Part shown: in pieces, positions 29,548 through 39,076 of the stretch | How the letters are laid out: each line of letters begins with the position of its first letter | How positions within the stretch are numbered: position 1 is the first letter of the stretch | NCBI GenBank assembly: GCA_963707875.1 | Contig: CAVPRU010000014.1 | Location: 149,767-213,766, forward strand | Length of the DNA stretch: 64,000 bases | Source: an uncultured Gemmatimonadales bacterium | GTDB lineage: Bacteria; Gemmatimonadota; Gemmatimonadetes; Gemmatimonadales; GWC2-71-9 | Direction: 5' to 3' | Made by a program: the position numbers and the translations under genes | Notes under the pieces: generated by a model | What the model saw: only the letters and a program-made list of their open reading frames with translations | Told to the model about the DNA's origin: nothing | Database searches by the model: none

Positions 29548-30831
29548 TCAGGCGGGCGGGGCGAGGAACTCCACGCCCAGGTACGGCACCAGCGCGGCAG
29601 GAACCCGCACCCGGCCGTCCGCCAACTGATGGGTCTCCAGCAGGGCGGCGATGACTCGCGGAAAGGCGAGTGCCGAGGCGTTGAGGGTGTGCACGAACTC
29701 GAGTTTGGCCCCGACCGATGGGCGGAACCGGATGTTGGCGCGCCGGGCCTGGAAGTCGGTGAAGGTGCTCGAGCTCGAGACCTCGAGCCACGCCTCGACG
29801 CCCGGAGCCCAGGCCTCGAGGTCGAAAGTCCGGGCCGAGGCGAATCCGGTATCCCCGGCGGCCAGCTCCAGCACCCGGTAGGGCAGTTCCAGCCGCTGAA
29901 GCACGGTTTCGGCCTGCTGCGTCAACAGGGCATGCTCCTCGTCCGAACGCGCGGGGTCGACCAAGCGGACGAGTTCCACCTTGTCGAACTGATGGACCCG
30001 GATCAAACCCCGGGTGTCCTTGCCATGCGCCCCGGCTTCGCGCCTGAAACATGGGGTCCAGGCGGTGTAGCTGACTGGCAACTCCGCAGCGTCCAGAATC
30101 TCGTCGCGCCGGAAGTTGGTGACGGGAACCTCCGCGGTCGGAATCAGATACAGCCCGTCGATCGGGACCTGGTACAACTCATCGGCGAACTTGGGCAGGT
30201 TCCCTGTGCCGGTGGCCGTGGTTCTGTTGACCAGATAGGGTGGGCTGAGCTCGAGGTAGCCATGCTCGCGGGTGTGGAGGTCGAGCATGAAGTTGGACAG
30301 GGAACGGATCAGCCGGGCCCCGACCCCGGTAAACACGGGGAACCCGGAACCGGCGATCTTGGCGCCCCGGGGAAGGTCGAACACCTGAAGCCGGTCCCCC
30401 AGTTCCCAATGCGGCAGCGCGGGGAAGTCGAACTTGGGAATGTCCCCCCACGACCGGACGACCCGATTGGCCGAGGCGTCGCCATCGGGGGATGCCGGGT
30501 GGGGAAGGTTCGGGAGGGCGATGACGAGGCCGTCAATCTCTGCGTCCACCTCGCGAAGCAGGGCGTCGAGGGACCTGACCCTGTCCCCGGAGACCTTGAG
30601 GTCGGCCAGCAGGTCGTCCGCCGACTCCTTCGCCTTCTTCCGACGAGCCACTTCTTCCGAAGCGGTGTTGCGCTCGGCCTTCAGCCGCTCGGTCTCCACC
30701 AGGAGTTCCCGCCGGCGGACATCGAGTTCCAGGACCCGCTCCACCTGGCCGACCAGCGACGGGTCGAGCCGGCGACCGAGCGCCGCCCGAACCCCGTCGG
30801 GGTCCTGCCGGATGCGCTTGACGTCCAGCAC
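29548..30831 (-). CDS. serS: serine--tRNA ligase
   Basis: MLDVKRIRQDPDGVRAAL..., a coiled-coil arm, and the class II core TPCFRREAGAHGKDTRGLIRVHQFDKVE. Confidence 0.95.
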   Translation of the reverse strand: MLDVKRIRQDPDGVRAALGRRLDPSLVGQVERVLELDVRRRELLVETERLKAERNTASEEVARRKKAKESADDLLADLKVSGDRVRSLDALLREVDAEIDGLVIALPNLPHPASPDGDASANRVVRSWGDIPKFDFPALPHWELGDRLQVFDLPRGAKIAGSGFPVFTGVGARLIRSLSNFMLDLHTREHGYLELSPPYLVNRTTATGTGNLPKFADELYQVPIDGLYLIPTAEVPVTNFRRDEILDAAELPVSYTAWTPCFRREAGAHGKDTRGLIRVHQFDKVELVRLVDPARSDEEHALLTQQAETVLQRLELPYRVLELAAGDTGFASARTFDLEAWAPGVEAWLEVSSSSTFTDFQARRANIRFRPSVGAKLEFVHTLNASALAFPRVIAALLETHQLADGRVRVPAALVPYLGVEFLAPPA

Positions 30832-30832
30832 G

Positions 30833-31390
30833 TCAGCGGGTGGGAAGGCCCGGCTCGAGGCCCTTGTAGCCGCAATTCAGATTGACCAGGACCCGGAACG
30901 TCATGGAACGGGCCTGATCATCGATCGCGAGGACCTCGAGCTTGGCGTAGGTGGGGGTCCCGAGGTAGCAGGACGACACCGCGCGAGCCCGCAGATAGAA
31001 GCTCTCGCCGACGGTGGCATGCACGGTATCCACCGAGTTGTAACCGCTATTCTCGGCGAAGGTGATCGCGTCGAAAGCCAAGAGGGTGTGGAGCAGTCCC
31101 GGACTGAGGCTCCTCGAGCCTGCCTGACCGATCGCCTGGGCCGGCAGGAGGACCGCCTGGGTTCCCCGAATGTCGAAGCCGAAGTCCGCATTGTTGGTCT
31201 GATCCAGACGCACCACCCGGAACTCGGTTGCCGCGTACCCACTCGGGCGCCAGACCTCGGTACCCGAGAGGGCGTAGACCGTCACCGTGTCGACCCGGTT
31301 CTGGAAATTGGCGGGCGGCAACTGGTTGGGGTCGCCACAGGCCAAGAGACCAAAAACGGCCAGACCGGCCGGGAGAAAAATCAGTCGCAT
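30833..31390 (-). CDS. putative lipoprotein, function unknown
   Basis: MRLIFLPAGLAVFGLLACG lipobox, taken from the internal ATG of ORF 30833..31426. 185 aa with beta-rich composition. Confidence 0.55.
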   Translation of the reverse strand: MRLIFLPAGLAVFGLLACGDPNQLPPANFQNRVDTVTVYALSGTEVWRPSGYAATEFRVVRLDQTNNADFGFDIRGTQAVLLPAQAIGQAGSRSLSPGLLHTLLAFDAITFAENSGYNSVDTVHATVGESFYLRARAVSSCYLGTPTYAKLEVLAIDDQARSMTFRVLVNLNCGYKGLEPGLPTR

Positions 31391-31440
31391 CGGCGGAAGC
31401 TTAAGAGCCACGCCGAAGGGGGTCAACCCACCGATTTTTC

Positions 31441-31469
31441 TTGACTTCGCCCATGGCGGACCCTACGTT
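31441..31469 (+). promoter_or_regulatory. sigma70-like promoter TTGACT-17-TACGTT
   Basis: TTGACT 31441..31446, a 17-nt spacer, TACGTT 31464..31469. Only 6 nt separate it from the GTG at 31476. Confidence 0.45.
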
Positions 31470-31475
31470 GCGGCC

Positions 31476-31823
31476 GTGCTTCGCCGACTCGTGGACGGAC
31501 TCTCAGCCCGGCCGGAAATCACCGGGGTCGCCGTCATCAGCGGCGAGGGCCTGGTCATCCAGCAAGCCCTGGGTCCGGAAGCCGACCCCGATGCCCTGGC
31601 CGCCCTGGCCATGACCCTCGGCCGGCACGGTTCCGAGCTCGGCGAATCGGTGGGGTTGGGGACGCTCCAGACCCTGGTTCTCGAGTTTGAGGATGGTCCC
31701 GCCCTGATGACCCGCTACCGCGATGACACCGCCCTGGTTCTCCTCGCCCGCCCGGAGGCCGACCTCGGCGAACTGCTGTATCTGCTCCGCCGCCAGCGCG
31801 GGGCGATCAACGACCTGCTCTGA
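31476..31823 (+). CDS. Roadblock/LC7 (MglB-like) domain protein
   Basis: VLRRLVDGLSARPEITGVAVISGEGLVIQQALGPEADPDALAALAMTL...LVLEFEDGPALMTRYRDDTALVLLARPEADLGELLYLLR. GTG 31476 is in frame within ORF 31287..31823. Confidence 0.7.
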   Translation: MLRRLVDGLSARPEITGVAVISGEGLVIQQALGPEADPDALAALAMTLGRHGSELGESVGLGTLQTLVLEFEDGPALMTRYRDDTALVLLARPEADLGELLYLLRRQRGAINDLL

Positions 31824-31834
31824 CGGACGAACCC

Positions 31835-32863
31835 ATGGAATGGGTCGTGATCCTCGCCGGCGGTTCGGGCAGCCGCTTCTGGCCCCTCAGCACGCCCAGC
31901 CATCCGAAACAACTGCTGCCGTTGGCCGGCCCCACCCCGACCGCCCTCGGTGCCGTCCAGGCGATAGCGTCGATCGTCCCGCGAGACCGCATTCTGGTGG
32001 TCACCAGCGAGGCCCTGGCGGGGCCCCTCCAGCGGGAGCTCAAGCTCCCCCAGGCCAATGTCCTGGTGGAGCCGAGGGCCGCCTCGACCGCCCCGGCCCT
32101 GGTCTGGGCCACCCACGAGGTCCAGCGACGGGATGCCGGCGGGGTGGTGCTCTCGATGCACGCCGACTGGCTGCTGCGGGACCCAGCCCGCTTCGCTGCC
32201 GCTGCCAGGCAGGCTCTGGCCACCGCGGCATCCTCCGACTTCTTGGTCACCACCGGCGTGATTCCGACTCGGGCAGAACCCGGCTACGGTTATATCGTGC
32301 CCGGGGAGCCGCTGGAGGCCCCCGCCCGGCGGGTTGCCCGATTTACCGAGAAGCCGAGCCGGGAAGAGGCCGAGCGGCTGATCTCCCGGGGGGCGCTCTG
32401 GAACAGCGGGCTGTTCGCCTGGAAGGCTGCCAGGCTACTGGCCGAAGTGGCGGCCCACACCCCGGAACTTGCCCCAGCCCTGCGGCATCTCGACGGCGGC
32501 CAGGTCGCCCGGTTCTTTGCCGAGGTCACGCCCATCGCCATCGACACCGGGTTGCTGGAGCGGAGCGACCGCGTGGCGGTCATCCCGGCCGACTTTCCGT
32601 GGGATGACGTCGGCACCTGGGACGCCCTGGGACGAGTTCGGGAGCGGGATTCGTCCGGCAACGCGACCCATGGGCCGGCCCATCTGGTGGACGCAACCGG
32701 CTGTGTGGTCTGGAGCAGTCGGAGCCCGATCGTGGTGGCGGGGGTCAAGGATCTGGTGGTCGTGGAGGCCAACGGACGGATTCTGGTGATGCACCGTTCC
32801 CGAACGGGGGACCTCAAGCACGTGCTGGAGCAGCTTCCTCCCGAAGTGAGAGATGTCGAGTGA
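31835..32863 (+). CDS. mannose-1-phosphate guanylyltransferase (nucleotidyltransferase domain only)
   Basis: MEWVVILAGGSGSRFWPLSTPSHPKQLLPL...GYGYIVPG...FTEKP...LWNSGLFAW...AIDTGLLE. Confidence 0.85.
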   Translation: MEWVVILAGGSGSRFWPLSTPSHPKQLLPLAGPTPTALGAVQAIASIVPRDRILVVTSEALAGPLQRELKLPQANVLVEPRAASTAPALVWATHEVQRRDAGGVVLSMHADWLLRDPARFAAAARQALATAASSDFLVTTGVIPTRAEPGYGYIVPGEPLEAPARRVARFTEKPSREEAERLISRGALWNSGLFAWKAARLLAEVAAHTPELAPALRHLDGGQVARFFAEVTPIAIDTGLLERSDRVAVIPADFPWDDVGTWDALGRVRERDSSGNATHGPAHLVDATGCVVWSSRSPIVVAGVKDLVVVEANGRILVMHRSRTGDLKHVLEQLPPEVRDVE

Positions 32864-34029
32864 CGCCATTCTACCTCCTTGAACCGTCCGACAAGACCGG
32901 AGCCTGGGCCCCGTTTGCCGGGGTGCGTCCGGTGGCCGAACTGCGGGCCGGGGTCTGGCTGGTCCGCGAGCGGTGGGAGGCGTCGGTTGGCCGCCCGGCG
33001 ACGGCAGTGGTGTCAGATGCGCTCGCCGGCTTCGTAGATGTCGGAACCGTGCCGGTCGTCGGGGAGGACGTCGTCCTTGGTCCTGCGCTGGTGGTCCGTT
33101 CGGACTTCCTCCCGGCCCGGACCGCGATCGTCATCCCCGAGGGGACCCGCACCCTGATGTGCGACGGCGCCGTGGTCGGCTTCGTCCTAGCCAAGAGCGA
33201 GTCGCTTGCCTCGGCCCAGACCGATGGCCTGGCGTGCGAGGTGGCCGGTCGCTGGCTGGCCGGCACCTGCGACCTCCTCATGGCGGTGGAGGAACTGCTC
33301 CCCGCGGACTGTGAGGAGTTCACTCTCGCCGACTCCGACCCGGTCCCGGAAGGCGCCATCGTCTTCGGCAACCCTGGGCGCCTGGTCTCGCTGGGTGCCC
33401 GGGTGGAACCCGGCGTGGTGTTTGACCTCCGGGCAGGCGCGGTCGTGCTGGCCGAGGGCTCGGAAGTGCGGTCTGGCACTCGCCTGGAAGGGCCGGTCTA
33501 TGTCGGACCCGAAACCGTGGTTTTCGGTGGGAGGATCCGGGGATCGTCTTTCGGACCCCAATGCCGGATCCATGGCGAAGTCTCCGCCAGCGTCTTCATC
33601 GGTTACGCCAACAAGAGCCATGACGGCTTTCTCGGCCATTCGGTGGTGGGCCCGTGGGTAAATCTCGGCGCCGGCACCATCACGTCCAATCTCAAGAACA
33701 CCTATGGCCCGGTCCGGCTGGACCTCCCCCAGGGCCGGATGGAAACGGGCCGGACGTTCGTCGGCAGCCTGATCGGGGATCACGCGAAGACCGCCATCGG
33801 CACCACCCTGGCGACCGGCTCGGTCATCGGCGCGGGAGCCAATGTGTTCGGCCCGGGGGACGTCCCACGCTTCGTGCCACCCTTTGCCTGGGGATCCTCA
33901 GGTGTCGAGCGACTGAACGTGACCGGCTTTGTCCAGATCGCCCGGCGGGTCATGCCCCGCCGCGGCATCGAGGTGACCCCCGCCATCGAAGCCAGCCTCC
34001 GGAGTCTGCACGCCCGCCTGGCGCCATGA
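32860..34029 (+). CDS. putative sugar nucleotidyltransferase with left-handed beta-helix C-domain (alternative GlmU-like family)
   Basis: 389 aa. The C-half has hexapeptide repeats: GPVYVGPETVVFGGRIRGSSFGPQCRIHGEVSASVFIGYANKSHDGFLGHSVVGPWVNLGAGT. GTGA overlap with the previous gene. Confidence 0.7.
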   Translation: MTPFYLLEPSDKTGAWAPFAGVRPVAELRAGVWLVRERWEASVGRPATAVVSDALAGFVDVGTVPVVGEDVVLGPALVVRSDFLPARTAIVIPEGTRTLMCDGAVVGFVLAKSESLASAQTDGLACEVAGRWLAGTCDLLMAVEELLPADCEEFTLADSDPVPEGAIVFGNPGRLVSLGARVEPGVVFDLRAGAVVLAEGSEVRSGTRLEGPVYVGPETVVFGGRIRGSSFGPQCRIHGEVSASVFIGYANKSHDGFLGHSVVGPWVNLGAGTITSNLKNTYGPVRLDLPQGRMETGRTFVGSLIGDHAKTAIGTTLATGSVIGAGANVFGPGDVPRFVPPFAWGSSGVERLNVTGFVQIARRVMPRRGIEVTPAIEASLRSLHARLAP

Positions 34030-34874
34030 TCCGGTTGCACGTGCTGGGCTCGGGCTCCAAGGGGAACGCGTTCGCGGTCACCTCGACCTCCGGCACTCTG
34101 CTCATCGAAGCCGGCTTCAGCACCAGATCGATGGTCAAGCGGCTCGAGCTCGCCGAGGTTGAGCCGTCATCGGTCCGGGGCATCGTGCTGACCCACGAGC
34201 ACGGGGACCATGCGCGCGGGGGTATCGCCCTGGCGGACCGACTCGGGGTCCCGGTGGCCTGCTCGCCCGGCACCTGGAGGGCACTCCACCGGGGCGAGGC
34301 CGCCGGGCCATTCCAGCCGCTGAGCACCGTTCGGCCGACCGCACTGTCCGACTTTCTGGTGCACGCCCAGCCCACCACCCATGATGCCGCCCAACCGCTG
34401 GCCGTGGCCATCGAGGTGGCCGGGGTGCGGGTGGGGTTTGTGATGGACATCGGGCGCCCCACCACTGCGGTGCGGTACCTCATCAGCGGCTGTCACGCGG
34501 TGGTGGTGGAGAGCAACTACGATGAGCTGCTGCTGCGGACCGGGGCGTATCCGGCGTCGGTGCAGGCCCGGATCGCCGGATCTCAGGGACACCTCTCCAA
34601 CCGGGCGGCCGCCGACCTGCTGAGCGAGATGTGCCATCCCGGCCTCTCGGCGGTCGTCCTGGCCCACCTGAGTCAACAGAGCAACACCAGGGAGCGGGCC
34701 CGGGAGACGATCGAAACCGCGCTCCGCGCCCGAGCCTTCAAGGGAACGGTCTGGGTGGCCGATCAGGACGAGCCGCTTCCGCCGATCGAGGTAGCGGCCG
34801 CACCCCGTCCAGACCAGGGAGAACTCCGGCTGCTGTGGGACCGGGAACCGGCGGTCGAGCCCCGGGGAGGTTGA
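34026..34874 (+). CDS. MBL-fold metallo-hydrolase
   Basis: MIRLHVLGSGSKGNAF...VLTHEHGDHARG...ESNYD...GHLSN. ATGA overlap with the previous gene. Taken from aa 125 of ORF 33654..34874. Confidence 0.8.
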   Translation: MIRLHVLGSGSKGNAFAVTSTSGTLLIEAGFSTRSMVKRLELAEVEPSSVRGIVLTHEHGDHARGGIALADRLGVPVACSPGTWRALHRGEAAGPFQPLSTVRPTALSDFLVHAQPTTHDAAQPLAVAIEVAGVRVGFVMDIGRPTTAVRYLISGCHAVVVESNYDELLLRTGAYPASVQARIAGSQGHLSNRAAADLLSEMCHPGLSAVVLAHLSQQSNTRERARETIETALRARAFKGTVWVADQDEPLPPIEVAAAPRPDQGELRLLWDREPAVEPRGG

Positions 34875-34917
34875 GAACCCGGAAGGTCGTGTCCTTTCAC
34901 CCGCCAGTGGAGCCCAT

Positions 34918-35463
34918 ATGCCAACGACACCCCCCGTCCCCTCGACGGCCTCGTCCCGCCACTTCCTCCGGTTCCACACTCCGCACGTTCATCTTCATTC
35001 TGTCTTCGGCGATGACTGGTTCGCCCTCAGGGCCGAGGGGTTCGCCCGGTGGTTCGGAACCCCGCGCTTTCTGGTGGGGCAGACCATGGCGGTGGCCACC
35101 TGGATCGTGTTGAATGCCACGGGGGTGATTGGGTTCGACCTGTATCCGTTCATCCTCCTCAACCTGGCCTTCAGCCTTCAGGCCGCCTACGCGGCGCCAC
35201 TCATCCTGCTGGCCCAGACCCGGCAGGCGGAGCGGGACAAAGTCCACACGGCTGCGGACGCAGAGCATCGGGAACAGCTGGCCACGGCGGCGGTGGAACG
35301 GATGGCGGTCGCGGAGCAGCAGACGCACCAGCTGTTGCAGCTCCTGGAGCAGAACACCGCGTTGACCAGTCTGACGAAGGAGTTGAGTCAGCGGATCGAG
35401 GCCCTTACCCTCGAGGTCCATACCAGGGTGGTCCGGGGCTCCATCGCCCCCGGCCCAGCGTAG
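34918..35463 (+). CDS. DUF1003-family membrane protein
   Basis: FGTPRFLVGQTMAVATWIVLN...FDLYPFILLNLAFSLQAAYAAPLILLAQTRQAERDK. Confidence 0.75.
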   Translation: MPTTPPVPSTASSRHFLRFHTPHVHLHSVFGDDWFALRAEGFARWFGTPRFLVGQTMAVATWIVLNATGVIGFDLYPFILLNLAFSLQAAYAAPLILLAQTRQAERDKVHTAADAEHREQLATAAVERMAVAEQQTHQLLQLLEQNTALTSLTKELSQRIEALTLEVHTRVVRGSIAPGPA

Positions 35464-35470
35464 CCACCGG

Positions 35471-35854
35471 CTATCGCCGGAGCGGCGGTTCGTTGTCGGG
35501 ATCCGGGGGAACCGGGACCCCCTGCGGGCGGGGTGAGGGCGGCCCCACGCGGGTCAGGTTGACCGGATCGGGGAGGTCCGAGCCGGAGAGGGTCAGCCTG
35601 TTGCCCCGGACCCGGACTTTGTAGGTCTCCCACATCCCGCCCACCGCGATCATGATCTGGCGCTCCCGGTCGATCAGCCGCCACCGGGCATGCTCGTCCC
35701 CCCAGCTGGCGCTCGAGTCGGACCGGATGATGACTTCGCGGGGTCCCTTGGTCTTGACGTTGGCGTCGGTGACCCGCCAGGTGCCGATGAGATCGGTCCC
35801 CTGCCAGCCAAGCACCGCGACAACGATGATCCCCAGCAATCCAGTCTTGAGCAC
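35471..35854 (-). CDS. hypothetical membrane-anchored protein
   Basis: GTG start preceded by GAGGAG. N-terminal TM segment LLGIIVVAVLGW, then a lipocalin-like GTWRVTD motif. 127 aa. Confidence 0.5.
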   Translation of the reverse strand: MLKTGLLGIIVVAVLGWQGTDLIGTWRVTDANVKTKGPREVIIRSDSSASWGDEHARWRLIDRERQIMIAVGGMWETYKVRVRGNRLTLSGSDLPDPVNLTRVGPPSPRPQGVPVPPDPDNEPPLRR

Positions 35855-35883
35855 TCCACTCGCTCCTCAGGTGTCTTGAGCAA

Positions 35884-35917
35884 TATAGCGAAAGCGCCCC
35901 AGCAACACCGGGGCGCT
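35884..35917 (-). terminator. putative groEL terminator hairpin
   Basis: Minus strand AGCGCCCC-GGUGUUGCU-GGGGCGCU followed by UUCGCUAUAUU, about 30 nt after the groEL stop. The U-tract is imperfect. Confidence 0.5.
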
Positions 35918-35949
35918 TCCCTGACAGCGATCGGCTTGGCCGCTGCCGA

Positions 35950-37587
<1,638 letters not shown>

Positions 37588-37616
37588 ACGATCTGCTCCT
37601 GTCGGTTACAGTAAGC

Positions 37617-37937
37617 TCAGCCAATCTTGGCGAGCACGTCAGACGCCTTGATGATCACCACTTCGTCACCGTTCTCGAGCGTGAACGGCGTCCCGCTGTA
37701 CTTCCCGTAGATGACCCGGTTTCCGACCGCGACTTCCATCGCGATCCGCTCCCCCTTGTTCGTCATCCGGCCGGGGCCCACCGCGATGACCTCACCCTGG
37801 GTCGGCTTCTCCTTGGCCGTGTCGGGGATGTACAGCCCGCCCCGCATGCTGGCGGTTTCTTCATCGGGCATGATGACGACCCGATCCTCCAGCGGGTTGA
37901 TCTTGACCTTCGACTTTGGCTTCGTGGCACTGGACAT
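37617..37937 (-). CDS. groS: co-chaperonin GroES
   Basis: [44 protein letters not shown]. Confidence 0.95.
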   Translation of the reverse strand: MSSATKPKSKVKINPLEDRVVIMPDEETASMRGGLYIPDTAKEKPTQGEVIAVGPGRMTNKGERIAMEVAVGNRVIYGKYSGTPFTLENGDEVVIIKASDVLAKIG

Positions 37938-37982
37938 AGGAACTCCCTCAGACTGAAGTGTAACTTGTTGTGGGACAAGAAA

Positions 37983-38009
37983 TTGGCACTCTTAGCAGGT
38001 GAGTGCCAG
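37983..38009 (-). promoter_or_regulatory. CIRCE-like HrcA operator
   Basis: TTGGCACTC-N9-GAGTGCCAG inverted repeat, versus the canonical TTAGCACTC-N9-GAGTGCTAA. It lies between the putative promoter and the groES start. Confidence 0.8.
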
Positions 38010-38019
38010 AACTGATTCA

Positions 38020-38048
38020 ATAATAACCCCCTCCTGGCAAAGATCCAA
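38020..38048 (-). promoter_or_regulatory. groESL sigma70-like promoter TTGGAT-17-TATTAT
   Basis: Minus strand: TTGGAT (38048..38043), a 17-nt spacer, TATTAT (38025..38020), in a locally AT-rich patch just upstream of the CIRCE element. Confidence 0.55.
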
Positions 38049-38100
38049 GCCGGATTCCTGGGTTGGTCTGGGGGCTGGCAAAGCAACTGAGGGGCCGCTG

Positions 38101-38129
38101 AAAACTGCCGGGATGGCAGAAAGCCCGGC
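38101..38129 (-). terminator. putative terminator after the NlpC/P60 gene
   Basis: Minus strand GCCGGG-N11-CCCGGC (or the inner CUGCC-AUCCC-GGCAG) followed by AGUUUU, about 35 nt after the stop at 38162. Confidence 0.55.
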
Positions 38130-38161
38130 GGAGGAATCCAGCCCCGTGGCAGAGGACCTGC

Positions 38162-39076
38162 CTAAGGAGACGAAATGACCCGCCGAGTTCCGACCCAGCG
38201 CGTGATCCACCACCTGGCGGCCGGATCGCTGGAACTGATGGCGCTTACCATGACCCCTCGGCTCGCACTGTGGATAAACGCCCCATCTCCAAGGTAGAGG
38301 CCAACATGAGACACTTGACCTCCGGTTTCAGAGAAGGTCAGAATGTCTCCTGGGACGAGCAGTTCCAGCCGCCCATCGACCGCCACTCCAGCCCTGGCCT
38401 GGTCCACGCTTCTCCTGGGGAGAGCGATCCCGGCCTGCGCATAGGCGTGCTGAATCAGCCCTGAGCAGTCGAATCCGTTCTCATCGGACCCGCCCCACAG
38501 GTAGGGTGTCCCCACCGCCGCCCGGGCGGCGGTGACGACCGTGGAGCGGAGGACCGCGGCCGCCGTGGAGGATTCCGGGCCGGCGGCACCGGCAGCGCGT
38601 CCCCGACCAATCCGGAATCCCACCATGCCGAGCAGTTCCACGCCCGAGGAGGACGCGTCGCCGCTCAGCCATCGATAGCGCCCGTCGACCCCGAGAGTGA
38701 CCGGCCCATCGAGCAGGGCATACCTCGTCCCGGCCGACCAGCTGCCCCACGTCAAGGGTTCCGATCCGCTGCCGAGTCCGCCCCCGACCCCGGCCACGAC
38801 GGTCCACCGGCGAACCCCGATACCCAGGTCGAACCCCAGCCCGTATCGGGTGCCGGAGGAGGTCCCCATCGTGCCGCCGGTGAGCATCACTTCCATAGGG
38901 CCGAGCCGAGGTGGCGAATACCCGAGCCAGAGGGTGAGGTAGTCCTGGGCAGCCCAGGTCCGACCCAGGCGGAAGCTCAGGTCCTGCCCCGCGAGCGGGG
39001 TCGGCGCAATCAGGATGGAGAGGAGCAACAGCGAACGGAGGAATGCCTCGCGGGCGGCAGCCGGCAACTGCGTCAT
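38162..39076 (-). CDS. NlpC/P60-family peptidoglycan peptidase with Gly-rich N-terminal domain
   Basis: Signal peptide LLLLSILIAPTPLAGQ. C-terminal GTPYLWGGSDENGFDCSGLIQHAY...VSHVGLYLGDGAFIHSAS. Confidence 0.8.
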   Translation of the reverse strand: MTQLPAAAREAFLRSLLLLSILIAPTPLAGQDLSFRLGRTWAAQDYLTLWLGYSPPRLGPMEVMLTGGTMGTSSGTRYGLGFDLGIGVRRWTVVAGVGGGLGSGSEPLTWGSWSAGTRYALLDGPVTLGVDGRYRWLSGDASSSGVELLGMVGFRIGRGRAAGAAGPESSTAAAVLRSTVVTAARAAVGTPYLWGGSDENGFDCSGLIQHAYAQAGIALPRRSVDQARAGVAVDGRLELLVPGDILTFSETGGQVSHVGLYLGDGAFIHSASRGVMVSAISSSDPAARWWITRWVGTRRVISSP

